Below are positions 24,784-36,856 of a stretch of DNA of 64,000 bases, piece after piece. The notes under the pieces were generated by a model that ran no database searches, was not told the origin of the DNA, and saw only the letters and a program-made list of their open reading frames with translations. The stretch comes from Felis catus (Eukaryota). Made by a program: the position numbers and the translations under genes. Numbering within the stretch: position 1 is the stretch's first letter; each line of letters starts with the position of its first letter. Where the stretch lies: the NCBI RefSeq assembly GCF_018350175.1, contig NC_058368.1, positions 209,252,001 to 209,316,000 on the forward strand. The letters are read 5' to 3'.

Positions 24784-27700
24784 TACAACAATCCTAATAC
24801 AGGCAAATAAACACTGTCTCTTTTTAAAAATTATTTAGGTTTTGGGTTCATCTTTGGAAAGGAAATTTCTTTCCAGCTACTAATTTTGCCACAATTCCTA
24901 AAGATTAATACATACCTGGCTGTTTCTTGAGCAGGTGGCAAATGTGTAACAAATGTTCTGTGTCCTAAAAACCTACACAGAGAGATACTGTTTTCCTTTA
25001 GTGTCTACCTACCAGTCCTTGAGACTGATAACTGACTCCATTAAAGCAGTGGTTCTCAAAGTACGCACCAAATGGCCACATAAACATCATCTGGGAATTT
25101 GCTCCCTGTTTGATTCCCCCTCCTCCCTCCCCAGTCAATAACCATAATAAATGAGTTTTACCCAAGATATGATATATAAAGCAAAATTGTTAGGAATGTA
25201 GTTTTTAGCCTTCAACAAATTGGAATAAACTTAACCAAGTTCCCCAAAGTCATGGCAACAAGGGAGGAGAATAGACTGGGAATGACCAGGACTAACAAAA
25301 AGCAGGAACACGGACTTCTTTCCTTTCACCTTTTATGCCATCAAGAGTAATCACCTTCTGCTTATTGTCACTAAAACATGTCTAACAATTTTTATAGTAC
25401 ATTTTGAAAATATTTTTCTTTCTTATACTTTCCCAAGATCATGGGTTGACCTTTTCATATTCTCCTAGAATGTAGTTCCCTTTTTCCCATAATCTTCTAA
25501 TTCATAATATTTAATAGACTGTCAAAATGTCATACATAGGTACCACTAACTCTCATAATTTTCAGCTTTCAGTTCCTTTAGTTTTTTTAATATGTAAAAT
25601 TTAAGTTATACACTGTTAATTTTCTAAGCTTAAAATTCTGTCATGTCTACTTAAAATGAAAGTCTTGCTTAAATGTTATTTAGCCATGACTCCAGTCCTG
25701 GAAAAAAAAATGTATACACACACACGTATATATAATTAGACCATTTACACACAAACACATTAATATCCATGTTAAATATACTCAACTCACAATATTAAAG
25801 CTATATCTTTCAAAAGGAAAGCTAACAGGGCTAAATGGTCCTTAGGAGTCAGAAATCTTAACCCTGTTCCTTTCATCACAGAACACCTTCTGAGGTTTAT
25901 AAAACTTCCAGCTACTCAGCAGATGTTTTCCATATCCTTGGGAGAGTGAGACCCCTAAGAGACATTAGGTCCTCTCCTTTTTAACTGTCTAGAACAGTGT
26001 TTCTAAAACTTTTAATTCATAAGAACCACCTGGTGTCCTCAAAAAAATAAATGTTCCACCTGTAATGTGATGCTGATACTGGTGGTCATTGGATCAAACT
26101 TGGAATAGCATTGTTCTAGCACATTTATCTACTGTATTAGTGTATTTTGTACTTGGTATGTATTCAACACATTTCTTTATAATGACTATTAAACATATAG
26201 ACGATGAATAATAACATTGTTTATGAAACAGTGCATTCATTGTAGGCAGTGAGGAGTCACTGAAGATCTTGATTGTGACATATTTGTTTTAGGTAGATCA
26301 TTTTCATGTGGCAAAATGGTCAGGAAAGAAGAGAAAAATCTATTTTGAGTAACTGCAAGATATGGGATATTGACCCTGAAATGCATGTGATGTATGTCCA
26401 ACATTTCTTTAGTTATAACATATGTGACTTTCTAGTGACTTGTTCATGAACACACTTCTCTACCCATCACATGCATTTCCTCCACATTTATGTTTTATAG
26501 TTCATTTCATCTCAGGATCACAGATTGCTCATTCTCTTCCTCAGGATACTTCCCGCCCTCTTTTCCTCTTTTTCATGAGAGGAAAAATTATGAAAGTGAT
26601 ACAGTTGTATCAAGAAAATGAAAAACTGGAATATTAAATGTAAAGGTCTTGAAAGGGCACATAATTTTCTTTCATTTTTCTATCAGTGTTTTCATTTAAA
26701 TTCTCTTAATAATAAAACATTTTTTCCAGAATATTTTTGAGCCTTCTAGTAAATCATTTAAACTCTGCAAACTTTTATTTTCCTAATAAGCACATTTTCC
26801 TCATAAGATTAAAGTAGAAGACTTACTTAAATCTAAAAGTTGGTAAGAACTAATGTAATCTATTTTTATTTAGTTTTGTTCTATACTTCAAATATTTAAC
26901 AATGCTATTATTTTTACTTCTTTTTTATTGCAAATTTTTTTTTAAGGGAGCTCACCCATGTGTAAGTGGGGGAGGCGCAGAGGGAGAGAGAGAGAAAGAG
27001 AATGAATGTCAAGCAGGCTCCATGCCCAGTGTGGAACCCAGCTCTGGGCTTGATCCCACAATCCTGGGATCGTGACCTGAGCTGAAATCAAGCGTCAGAC
27101 GCTCAACGACTGAGCCATCCAGGCGCCTCTAAACGTCATTTCTAAACTGCATTATGACATGCTTGAAGTGAAACATTTGTTTTAAAGCCCTCAGTTACGC
27201 TTTTTGCATTTAGGAAGCTCCTATCAGCAGGATGCTAACCCTTTTTAAGATTAATCAGTTTACCATGCAGGAGCTAGGATTATCATATCTCCAGCCCACA
27301 CCTGAGTTTTCGCTTGTGCGATGAACATTGGTATTTGGTTGACCTCCAAAGCTCCTCAGTCAAAATATGACTGGATCTGTGTTCACTCCTCTCCCTGCAA
27401 TCTGCCCACTCCTGTTCCTCCTCCTCTATTTTCTTTTTTTTTTTTTCTTTTTCTTTAAGGTAAGCTTTATACCCAACATGGGGCTTGAATTCATGACCCT
27501 GAGATCAAGAGTCTCATGCTTTACCAACTGAGCCAGCCAGATGCCCATCTCCTGTATTTTATACCTCAAGTCTTTATCATCTGAAATTTCCACTCAAATA
27601 TGAGTAGTATCCTTAAATTCTTCCCTCTCATTCCAAATCCAGTTGCCAATTTCTTAGCAAGTTTGTTTTCTTAATATCCATTTATCTGTTCAATTATCTC

Positions 27701-29300
27701 ACTATTTTAGGTTTTTAGGGTTTAATGAGGTTATTCTACTTCACTTGGATGTCTACAGTAATGTCTAACTGGTCTTCCTGCCTCTAATTTGACACCCCTT
27801 CTTTGTTCCTTTTCCACACTAACGTTAGTGCAGGGTACCTGGGTGGCCTAGTCAGTTAAGCGTCCGACTTTTAATTTCAGCTTAGGTCATGATCTCACAG
27901 CCCTGTGATTGAGCCCCATATCAGGCTCTGCGCTGGGCATGAAGCCTGCTTAGGATTTTCTCTTCCTGTCTGCTGCTCCCCCAGCTCAGGCACGTGTGCA
28001 CGCAAGCTCTCTCAAAAAAAGAAAGAAGTTGAAAAAACAAAATGTACACCTACATATATTATACTCCCACGTTTTCCCTTGGAAGAAATTCCAAATTTCT
28101 GGTGTGGCATTAGGACTTTATTGCAGTTGGCAAAAACAAAAATAAGAATTTTAGTTTAAGCCAAAGAAGAATTTATTAGCCTTCAAAACTAAGAAGTCCA
28201 AGTATAAACCTACTTCTGCATGGCTAGTTCCAGAGCCTTGATATCTTCAGGGCTTTCTCTAGGTCAGTTCATGTTTATTCTTTGTGTCTGCAGACAGTTT
28301 ACTCCATACCTCCTGGGAGAATGCAGGGAGTGTCAAGTGACTTTATCTCCCTCACTCTAACCCAGACATATAGTCAATGGAGAAGTCCTAGGAAAGGTTC
28401 TCGTTAACTCAGCTTGAGTCATGGACTCAGTCTTGGGGTGTGGTGGTACAGGATCATCACCCAAAGTATACAGAACAGGAAAGAAGTGTTTTCTTAAAGA
28501 ATTGAATGCTAGGCACACAGCATTCCACATAAGTCCACTATATCTGTCCACCTACCTTGCTTACCACTTACTTTCTAATGCTATATATAATGAAGACGAT
28601 AAGCCCATAGAGCCAAAAAACACAATGAATCCAGAGCAGGACAGACACAAAATCACACCAAAGCATATCATAATCAAATTCTCAGCAAATAAAAAATAGA
28701 AGGGAACCTATTCAGTCTGATAAAAAGACATCTATGGAACATGTACAGCTAAAATCACACCTAATGGTAGAAGACCAAAAACTTTCTCCTTGAAGTTGGG
28801 AACAAAATATGGATGTTTCTTTTCCACATTGTGGTTGGAGGTTCTGATCATTGCAACTTGGCAAACAAAAGAAATGTAAAAACGTATAAATTAGAAAAGC
28901 AGAAATAAATACATGGACAGGCAATTATATAGAAAATCCTATAGAATATACAGAAAATACTAGAACTACTAACTAGGAAAAAAATGGTAGAACTAATAAG
29001 TTACATCACAGGACACAAGGTCAACATACCAATTGCATTTCTATATACTAGCAACAATTAAAAATTTTTAAACACTCCTTTAAAATAGCATTTAAAAAAA
29101 CAAAAGAAAGAAAAAATACCCCCTCTCTCTGCCTTAAAATAAAATAAGAGGGTCACCTGGCTGGCTCAGTCAAAAGAGCATGCGACTCGATTTCACGGTC
29201 ATGAGTTTGAGCCCTAGGTTGGGTGTAGAGATTATAAAATTATATATATATATATACACATATATATATATACACACACACACACACAATAAGACATTCT

Positions 29301-29524
29301 TTTTTTTTAAATTTTTTTTTTCAGCGTTTATTTATTTTTGGGACAGAGAGAGACAGAGCATGAACGGGGGAGGGGCAGAGAGAGAGGGAGACACAGAATG
29401 GGAAGCAGGCTCCAGGCTCCGAGCCATCAGCCCAGAGCCCAACGCGGGGCTCGAACTCACGGACCGCGAGATCGTGACCTGGCTGAAGTCGGACGCTTAA
29501 CCGACTGCGCCACCCAGGCGCCCC
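29301..29524 (-). mobile_element. Young feline-type SINEC
   Basis: CpG-rich; TSD aagacattct (29291-29300 / 29525-29534). Confidence 0.92.
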
Positions 29525-29836
29525 AAGACATTCTGACAAGATATGTGTAAGACCTGTGCAATGGAAACTATAAAACAGTGCTGGAAGAAAGTAAACCCCT
29601 AATGAGAAAGATAAAATGTTCATGGGTTGGGAGACTGAACTAATAACACATCAATTGATAGATCCAAAGCAATCCCAACAAGATTTCCAGAAAGCTTTGT
29701 AGAAATTGACAAACTGATCCTGAAATTTATATGGGATTGAGAGATTCTAGGATAGCCAAAACAGTTTTGAAAAAGAATAAAATTGGAGGACATATTCCAA
29801 TGATTTCAAGATTCTATTATTAAGTTACAGCAAGGT

Positions 29837-30064
29837 GGGGCGCCTGGGTGGCGCAGTCGGTTAAGCGACCGACTTCAGCCAGGTCACGATCTCGCGGTCC
29901 GCGGGTTCGAGCCCCGCGTCGGGCTCTGGGCTGATGGCTCAGAGCCTGGAGCCTGTTTCCGATTCTGTGTCTCCCTCTCTCTCTGCCCCTCCCCTGTTCA
30001 TGCTCTGTCTCTCTCTGTCCCAAAAATAAATAAAAAAACATTGAAAAAAAAATTAAAAAAAAAA
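29837..30064 (+). mobile_element. Young feline-type SINEC
   Basis: CpG-rich; TSD aagtta(c/t)agcaaggt (29822-29836 / 30065-30079). Confidence 0.92.
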
Positions 30065-30574
30065 AAGTTATAGCAAGGTAATGATGTGGCATTGGTGTAA
30101 GGATTATACATATGAATCAATAGAACAAAATAAGCATACAGAAATACATGCACACGCTTGTACAGGCAACCAATTGTCAACAAAAGTGCCAAGGTAGTTC
30201 AGTGGGGGGAAGAACAGTCTAATGAATGGCACCAAAACAAATATCCACACGGAAACAAAACAAAACCCTCCATTTTTACCTTGTAAGATATACAAAAATT
30301 AACTTGACATGCATCACAGATGTCAAGTTAACAGGTAAGACTGAAACTTCTGGAAGAAACTAGTAAAAAAAAAAAAAAAAAAAAAAACGATCTTTGTGAT
30401 CTTTGATTAGGTATGTTCTTAGCATGTAGAAAACCTGAATCAGAAAAAGTTGATAAATTGAAATTCATCAAAATTTAAGACATCTCTTCAAAAACCACAT
30501 TAAGAAAATGAAAAGGTAACCCACACATTGGGATAAAATATTTGCAAACCACAGATCTGTTAAAGACAGACATA

Positions 30575-33500
30575 CATTTGATCCTTGAACAACATGGGTT
30601 TGAACTGTAGGACTTCACTTTTACACAGGTGTTTTTCAATAAATATATTGGAAGATTTGGGGAAATCTGTGACAGTTTGAAAAAATGCACAGATGAACTC
30701 CACAACCTAGATATAACCAAAAAAATGAAAAAAAGTATGCTATGAATGCATTAATATATGTAGATACTACTGTTTTAGCATTTACATAAAATGTACACAA
30801 ATCTATTATAAGAAGTTAAATTTTGCGGTGCTGTCTGGCTCAGTCGGAAGAGCATATGACTTAAAACAAAAATTTTTTTTAAGAGAGTGAGTGCAAGTGG
30901 GAGAGAGGGGCTGAGGAAGAGAGAGAATTTCAGTTCGGTTCCACGCTCATCCCTGAGCCTGACTCGGGCTTGATCCCACGAATCATAAGATCATGATCTG
31001 CGCAGAAATCAAGAGTCAGACACTCAACCAACTGAGCCACCCACTCTCCCTGAGCATGTGACGCTTGATCTCAGGGTCCTGAGTTCAAGCACATATTGGG
31101 TGTAGAGATTACTAAAAACAATAAGCAAACTTTAAAGAAAAAGTTAAAATGTATCAAAACTTATACACACACTTAGACTGTGCAAGACAAACACCATTTG
31201 TAGTCAAGATGTAAACAAACATAGAAGTGCAGTATTAAATCATAACTGCATAAGATTAACTGCAATACAAACTATACTGCTGTAATAATTTAGTAGCTCA
31301 CCTGTGTCTACTGCAGTGAGCTCAAATGTTGCAAGTATCTGCTTAAAATGCCAAGTGATACTAATCATCATGTAAGCAATTGTCTCTCCAGTAAATTGCA
31401 CAATACAGTAAAAAAGATCTCTTATGGTTCTTGTGCATTTTTCATCATATTTAGTGCTATCCCATAAACCTTGAATAACACCAGGAGACCCATAGGAAAT
31501 GCCTCCAGTGATGCTGAAAGGGCTCTCGAAGGAAATTCATGATATTACAAGAAAAAGTTGAATTGCTTGTTCTGTATCATAGAGTGAGGTCTGCAACTGT
31601 CGTTATGCACCATTTCAAGATAAATTAGTCCAGTGTAAGGACCACTGTAAAAAAAGAAAAGTCATGAAGCCAGCACTGCAGCTACACCAGCAGGCATGAA
31701 AACCTTGCATTTTTTTGCAAAATACTTTTTTATCTCATTGAAAATGCAGCTTTTATTTGGGTGTGAGATTACTGTAAGAAAGGCATACCTTTGGACACAT
31801 ATGATTCAAGAAAAAGTGAAGTCATGGGGTATCTGGGTGGCTCAGTCGGTTAAACATCCCACTCTTGATTTCAGCTCAGGTCATGATCCCACGGTCATGA
31901 TCTCATGGGATCGAGCCCCTTGTTGGGCTCTGCACTGATGGCACCAAGCCTGTTTGGGATTCTCTCTGCCCCTTCCTTGCTCTCTTTCTCTCTCTCCCAA
32001 TTAGGGTGAATAAGTAAAGGTTAAAAAAAAAAAGTGAAGTAGGGGCACCTGGGTGACTCAGTCAGTTAAGTGTCTGACTTCAGCTCAAGTCATGATCTTG
32101 CGGTTTGTGGGTTTGAGCCGAATTGGGCTCACTGCTGTCAGCATGGAGCCTGCTTCAGATCCTCTGTCCCCATCTCTCTCTGCCCCTCCCCTGCTCATCC
32201 CTTCCCCTCTCCTCTTTCCCTCTCAAAAATAAACATAAAAAAATACTCTTTATTTAAAAAAAGTGAAGTCATTATATGACAACTTAGAACAAAAGGAAAC
32301 AACGACCTAAAGCTGGAGAATTTAACGCCAGCAAAAGATGGTTTGATAATTTTTTTTAGCTTGTTTGCTTGCTTGCTTGCTTGCTTTCTGAGTGAGACAG
32401 CAAGTGGGGGAGGGGCAGGGAGCAAGGGAGACACAGAATCCAAAGCAGGCTCCAGGCTCTCAGCTGTCAGCACAGAGCCCAACATGGGGCTCTAACCCAC
32501 GAGTGGTGAGATCATGACATGAGCTGAAGTCAGATGCTTAACTGAGCTACCCAGGCGCCCCTGGTTTGATAAATCTAGAAAGTGGTTTGGCTTAAATATA
32601 AAGGTAGGGGTGCCTGACTGGCTCAGTCAGATGAGCATGTGACTCTTGGTCTTGTAGTTCGAGCCTCAAGTTGGGATTACCTAACTTAAAATAAAACTTA
32701 AACATATATAATAGGGGAAGCAGCTTCTGCCAAGTAAGAGGCAGAAGAGTTAACAGATTCCTGCCATTAAAATCATTGAGGAGAAAGGATATCTGCCTGA
32801 ACAGGTGTTTAGTGTAGACTCAAGTTCTTTATTCTGGAAAAAAAAAAAATGCCACGAAGAACATTTGTTACTAAGGAAAAGAAGTGAACATGAGGATTTA
32901 AGATAGGAATGGATAGGTTAAATTCACTGTTTTGTGCAAATGCAACCAGGTTTATGATCAAGACTACACTCACATATAAAGTTGCTAATCCCTAGGCTTG
33001 AAGGAAATAAACACTAGTTGCCAGTCTTTTATTTTATTGTTTTAAGTTTATTTATTTATTTTGAGAGAGAGAGCAGGGCAGGGGCAGAGAGAGAGAGGGA
33101 ATCCCAAACACAATCCACACTGTCAGTGCAGAGCCTGACCTGGGGCCTGAACTCATGAGCCATGAAATCATGACCTGAGCCAAAATCAAAAGTCAGATGC
33201 TTAACTGACTGAGCCACCCAGGCGCCTCTCCCAGTCTTTTCATTGTACAACATGAAAGTCTGGACAATAAGAACCCTTTTCCTGGATTGGTTCCATCGAT
33301 ACTTTGTCCCTGAAGTCAGGAAGTACTTTGCCAGTAAGGAACTGCCTTTTAAAGTTCTTTGGATATTGGACAATGCCCCTGGTCACCCAGAACTTCATGA
33401 GTTCAACATGGAAGGTGTCAAAGTGGTCTACTTGTCTCTAATCACAACAACTCTAATTTAGCCTCTAGGTTAAGGGGGTCATAAGGACCCTTGAGGCGCA

Positions 33501-34680
33501 TTACACATGGTATTCTATGGAAAGAATTATCAATACTTTGGCAGAGAAACCCAAGAGAACATCATGAAAGTCCGGGAGGATCCCCCCACTGAAGATGTTA
33601 TTGTTGTTACAGAAAAAGCAGTGGAAGCCATCAAGCCCGAAACAATAAATTCCTGCCAGAGAAAACTGTCCAGATGTTGTGCCTAATTTCACAGGATCTA
33701 CAACAAAACCAATTAAGAAAATCATGAAAAATATTGGATATGGCAAAAAGGTGGGTGGTGAAAGTTTTCAAGATCTTGGAGAAACTCAAGCGCTAATAGA
33801 TATCACACCAGAGGAATTAACTGAAAACAACTTGATAGAGAGGAGTGCTTCTGAACCAGTGTCAGATTTTGAGGAAGACGTAAAAGAAGCAATGCTAGAA
33901 AACAAACTGACATTAAAGAATCAGGCAGGAAGGGTCTGATTATTCAAGACTGCTTTCGACTTCTTTTATGACACGGACCCTTCTAGGATATGGGCACAGA
34001 AACTGAAACAAACAGTGGAAGAAGAATCGGTGCCGTAGAGAAATATTTTTAGAGAAATGATAAGAGCAAGAAGTCAGACAGAAATTACAAAGTATTTCCA
34101 TAAAGTTACATGGAGTGTGCCTCCTCTCCCACCTCCCCTTCCACCTCTTCCATTTCTTTTGCCTCTGCCACACCCGTGTCTCTGTGCAAGACCTGTCCCT
34201 CCTCCTCCTCCTCCTGCTCAGCCTACTCAACTCAACATGAAGACAAGGATGAAGATATTTATGACGATCCATTCTCACTTGGCGAATAGCAAATAATAAT
34301 CATCCCACACAGCTAATAAACATCTGCAGCATATGTGTGTGTTTTGTGAAGACCTAATAGCTGTGCAGTAAGAACTATGTGAGATGTCTTGTGTCAGGTT
34401 ATTATCATCATCACCAAAATATTCATTGTGTAGGACATTGTATACAAGATGTGTATGCAAGTGGGTAGCCTTTCCTTACACAGGCGTAAGGTGAGTGATA
34501 TTTAATATACAATGAATAACGTGGTAATTTTCTTAGTGTTTTATAACTTGGCTTTCAAAAAATTATATTACCATACAGTATGCTTCTGTCTTGTAACGGT
34601 GAAACTGTGTATCTGCCATTCATGAAGAAGTAAAACAGCTCAATAAATTGGTTAAGGTATTCCCAAAATGATTGTATACT
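30575..34680 (+). mobile_element. Near-full-length Tigger2-family (pogo/TcMar) DNA transposon with a dead transposase, interrupted by about 7 SINEs
   Basis: TA + 5' TIR catttgatccttgaacaacatgggtttgaactg; transposase remnants ~31490-34290 including FLDWFHRYFVPEVRKY...LDNAPGHPE (33243-33461); many stops and frameshifts; 3' TIR not found; 3' boundary approximate. Confidence 0.9.
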
Positions 34681-34748
34681 CACAGACCAACACTTATGAA
34701 TTATTTTTGGACTCAGATATTGTGATCTGTGTTTTTCAATACAATTTT

Positions 34749-35568
34749 ATGGGATAGGCAATCCATCATGAACCTGCACATCCCACGCCCTTGCAGGACA
34801 TGCCAAGAATGCCCTGATTGCTCTTTGCCAAGGCCATTTTTTTTACGTTTATTTATTTTGAGAGAAAGAGAGTACATGGGAGGGGCAGAGAGAGAGAGGG
34901 AGAGAAAGAATCCCAAGCAGGATCCGCATTGTCAGCACAGAGCCCGATGCAGGGCTTGAACTCACAATCGTGAGATCATGACCTGAGTGGAAACCAAGAG
35001 TCTAATGCTTAACTGACTGAGCCACCCAGGTGCCCCATCCTTTTTTTTTTTTTTTTAATATTTATTTATTTAGAGACAGAGAGAGCAGGGGAGGGGCAGA
35101 GAGAGAGAATCCCAAGAAGGCTCTGTACTGTCAGCTCAGAGCCTGAAGCAGGGCTTAAGCTCATAAACCATGAGATCACGACCTGGGCTGAAATCAAGAG
35201 TTGGACTCTTAACTGACTGAGCTACCCATGTGCCCCTACCCAGGCTATGTCTGAGGGTTGTGTTTGCTGATGTAATGAGCTGGCCTACTTGTCACTCACT
35301 ATAAAATGGGAAATCTCCCAGCTCAACATTCCTCTCCTATTACACAACACATTTCATCCTTCTAGCTACCTGTATTGCCCTGTGAGAATTGGGAGGTACG
35401 GGGAACCTCATGGACATTATACTGACACTCTTGCTTACTGCTTTTGCCTTGAGAAAGTCTCTGACTCCAGGAGTCTTATGGGTTTTTCCAGTCTTCATGA
35501 AATAGTAACAGAAGAGTTTGTTAGCTTGTATATTGGGTAAAATCCCAAACTCTTCACAGACTCTGACA
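34749..35568 (+). mobile_element. Solo ERVL-type LTR (LTR47-like) split by two SINEs
   Basis: Recalled LTR47 motifs atgccaagaatg, agggttgtgtttgc, ctataaaa, tctctgac-ccaggagtct and the terminus ttgttagcttgta...cttcacagactctgaca. Confidence 0.65.
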
Positions 35569-35736
35569 AATAACAACTTCTGACGACCACGAATATTGGT
35601 GATGAGGCATTTCTAAGTGTTCTGCTAATAACTCGGGAATTTTCTGCCGAGGTGTAGACAGCCACTGCACGTTTTGAAACACAGGCACGGGTAACTACCA
35701 CCACCTGTCTGACACCTGTTGTAAAAGTCATCCCAT

Positions 35737-35941
35737 GGGGTGCCTGAGTGGCTCAGTCGGTTAAACGTCTGGCTTTTGATTTTGGTTTTTGAGTTCGAGC
35801 CCCACATTAGGCTCTGTGTTGACAGGATGGAGCCTGCTTGGGATTCTCCCTCCCTCTTTCTCTCTACCCCTTTTCTGCCCAAGCTCACATTCACTCTCTC
35901 AAAATAAATAAACTTTAAAAAAATTATAGAAAATAAAAATT
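35737..35941 (+). mobile_element. SINEC (older type)
   Basis: TSD aaaagtcatccca. Confidence 0.9.
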
Positions 35942-35956
35942 AAAAAGTCATCCCAG

Positions 35957-36186
35957 TTTTTTTTTTTAATTTTTTTTTTCTTTCAACGTTTATTTATTTT
36001 TGGGACAGAGAGAGACAGAGCATGAACGGGGGAGGGGCAGAGAGAGAGGGAGACACAGAATCGGAAACAGGCTCCAGGCTCTGAGCCATCAGCCCAGAGC
36101 CTGACGCGGGGCTCGAACTCACGGACTGCGAGATCGTGACCTGGCTGAAGTTGGACGCTTAACCGACTGCGCCACCCAGGCGCCCC
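35957..36186 (-). mobile_element. Young feline-type SINEC
   Basis: CpG-rich; perfect TSD aaaaagtcatcccagtttt. Confidence 0.92.
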
Positions 36187-36652
36187 AAAAAGTCATCCCA
36201 GTTTTAAGATGGCAAAATGGGAAGTGCATCTTAGGATGGATGAAATATGATACTTACTATATAGATATTTTTTGTTTATTTATGATCTGTTCTTCAGCAT
36301 CTGGATAGCAACCTGACTTGGGGTATCTCATTATTAGGGTACTTGATATAATGAATTTTTAAATCTATCCATTTTCTCTTTCACTTTCCTAACAGGTACC
36401 CAATTTCATGAAGCTACCTTCCCTTCCCCAACACAGACCAGACTAGATCCTCACAGCTAAAAGCCAATCCAGATAACTCACCCACGTTCACAGTGTTTGT
36501 GAGTCATGAAATCTGAAAATGTTATATTCAGGGCATGTGACTCAATTTAGGTTAATGAGATATGAGAAGAAGTGGTCTTACGGGAAAGAAACATCTTCCT
36601 TCTTCTGATGAATCTATCAAAAGAGATGTTCTCCCACTCAGGATAACTAAGT

Positions 36653-36856
36653 CAGTGGTATGCTAAAGCCACTGGTACTGGTTTTAGAGAGCTAATTGTT
36701 GCATTTTCAGGAAATTCATGAGCCAGTTGATGTCAGGCTTTAACTTGATATCAGTCATGGTAGAAAAATTTTCTGTACAAAAATTGGCAAATGCCACACA
36801 TCATGGCTTCTTCCCCACCCACTAAAGCAGGTTAAATATTTACCAACATACCACTG
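36653..36856. mobile_element. hAT MITE (MER63-like)
   Basis: TIRs cagtggtatg / cataccactg; degenerate 8-bp TSD aactaagt / ccttaagt; ~200 bp. Confidence 0.75.

Larger units (their letters stand above)
28600..30574 (+). mobile_element. Old L1 ORF2-region remnant interrupted by SINEs
   Basis: Degenerate L1 motifs (agaaattgacaaactgatcctgaaatttatatgg, aaaagaataaaattggagga, caaaagtgccaagg, aaaatatttgcaaacc). Confidence 0.8.

Noticed and set aside
33243..33939. Transposase-like ORFs as a domesticated TIGD-type gene
   Set aside because: Multiple stops and frameshifts, SINE insertions in the coding region, and a destroyed third catalytic-Asp motif
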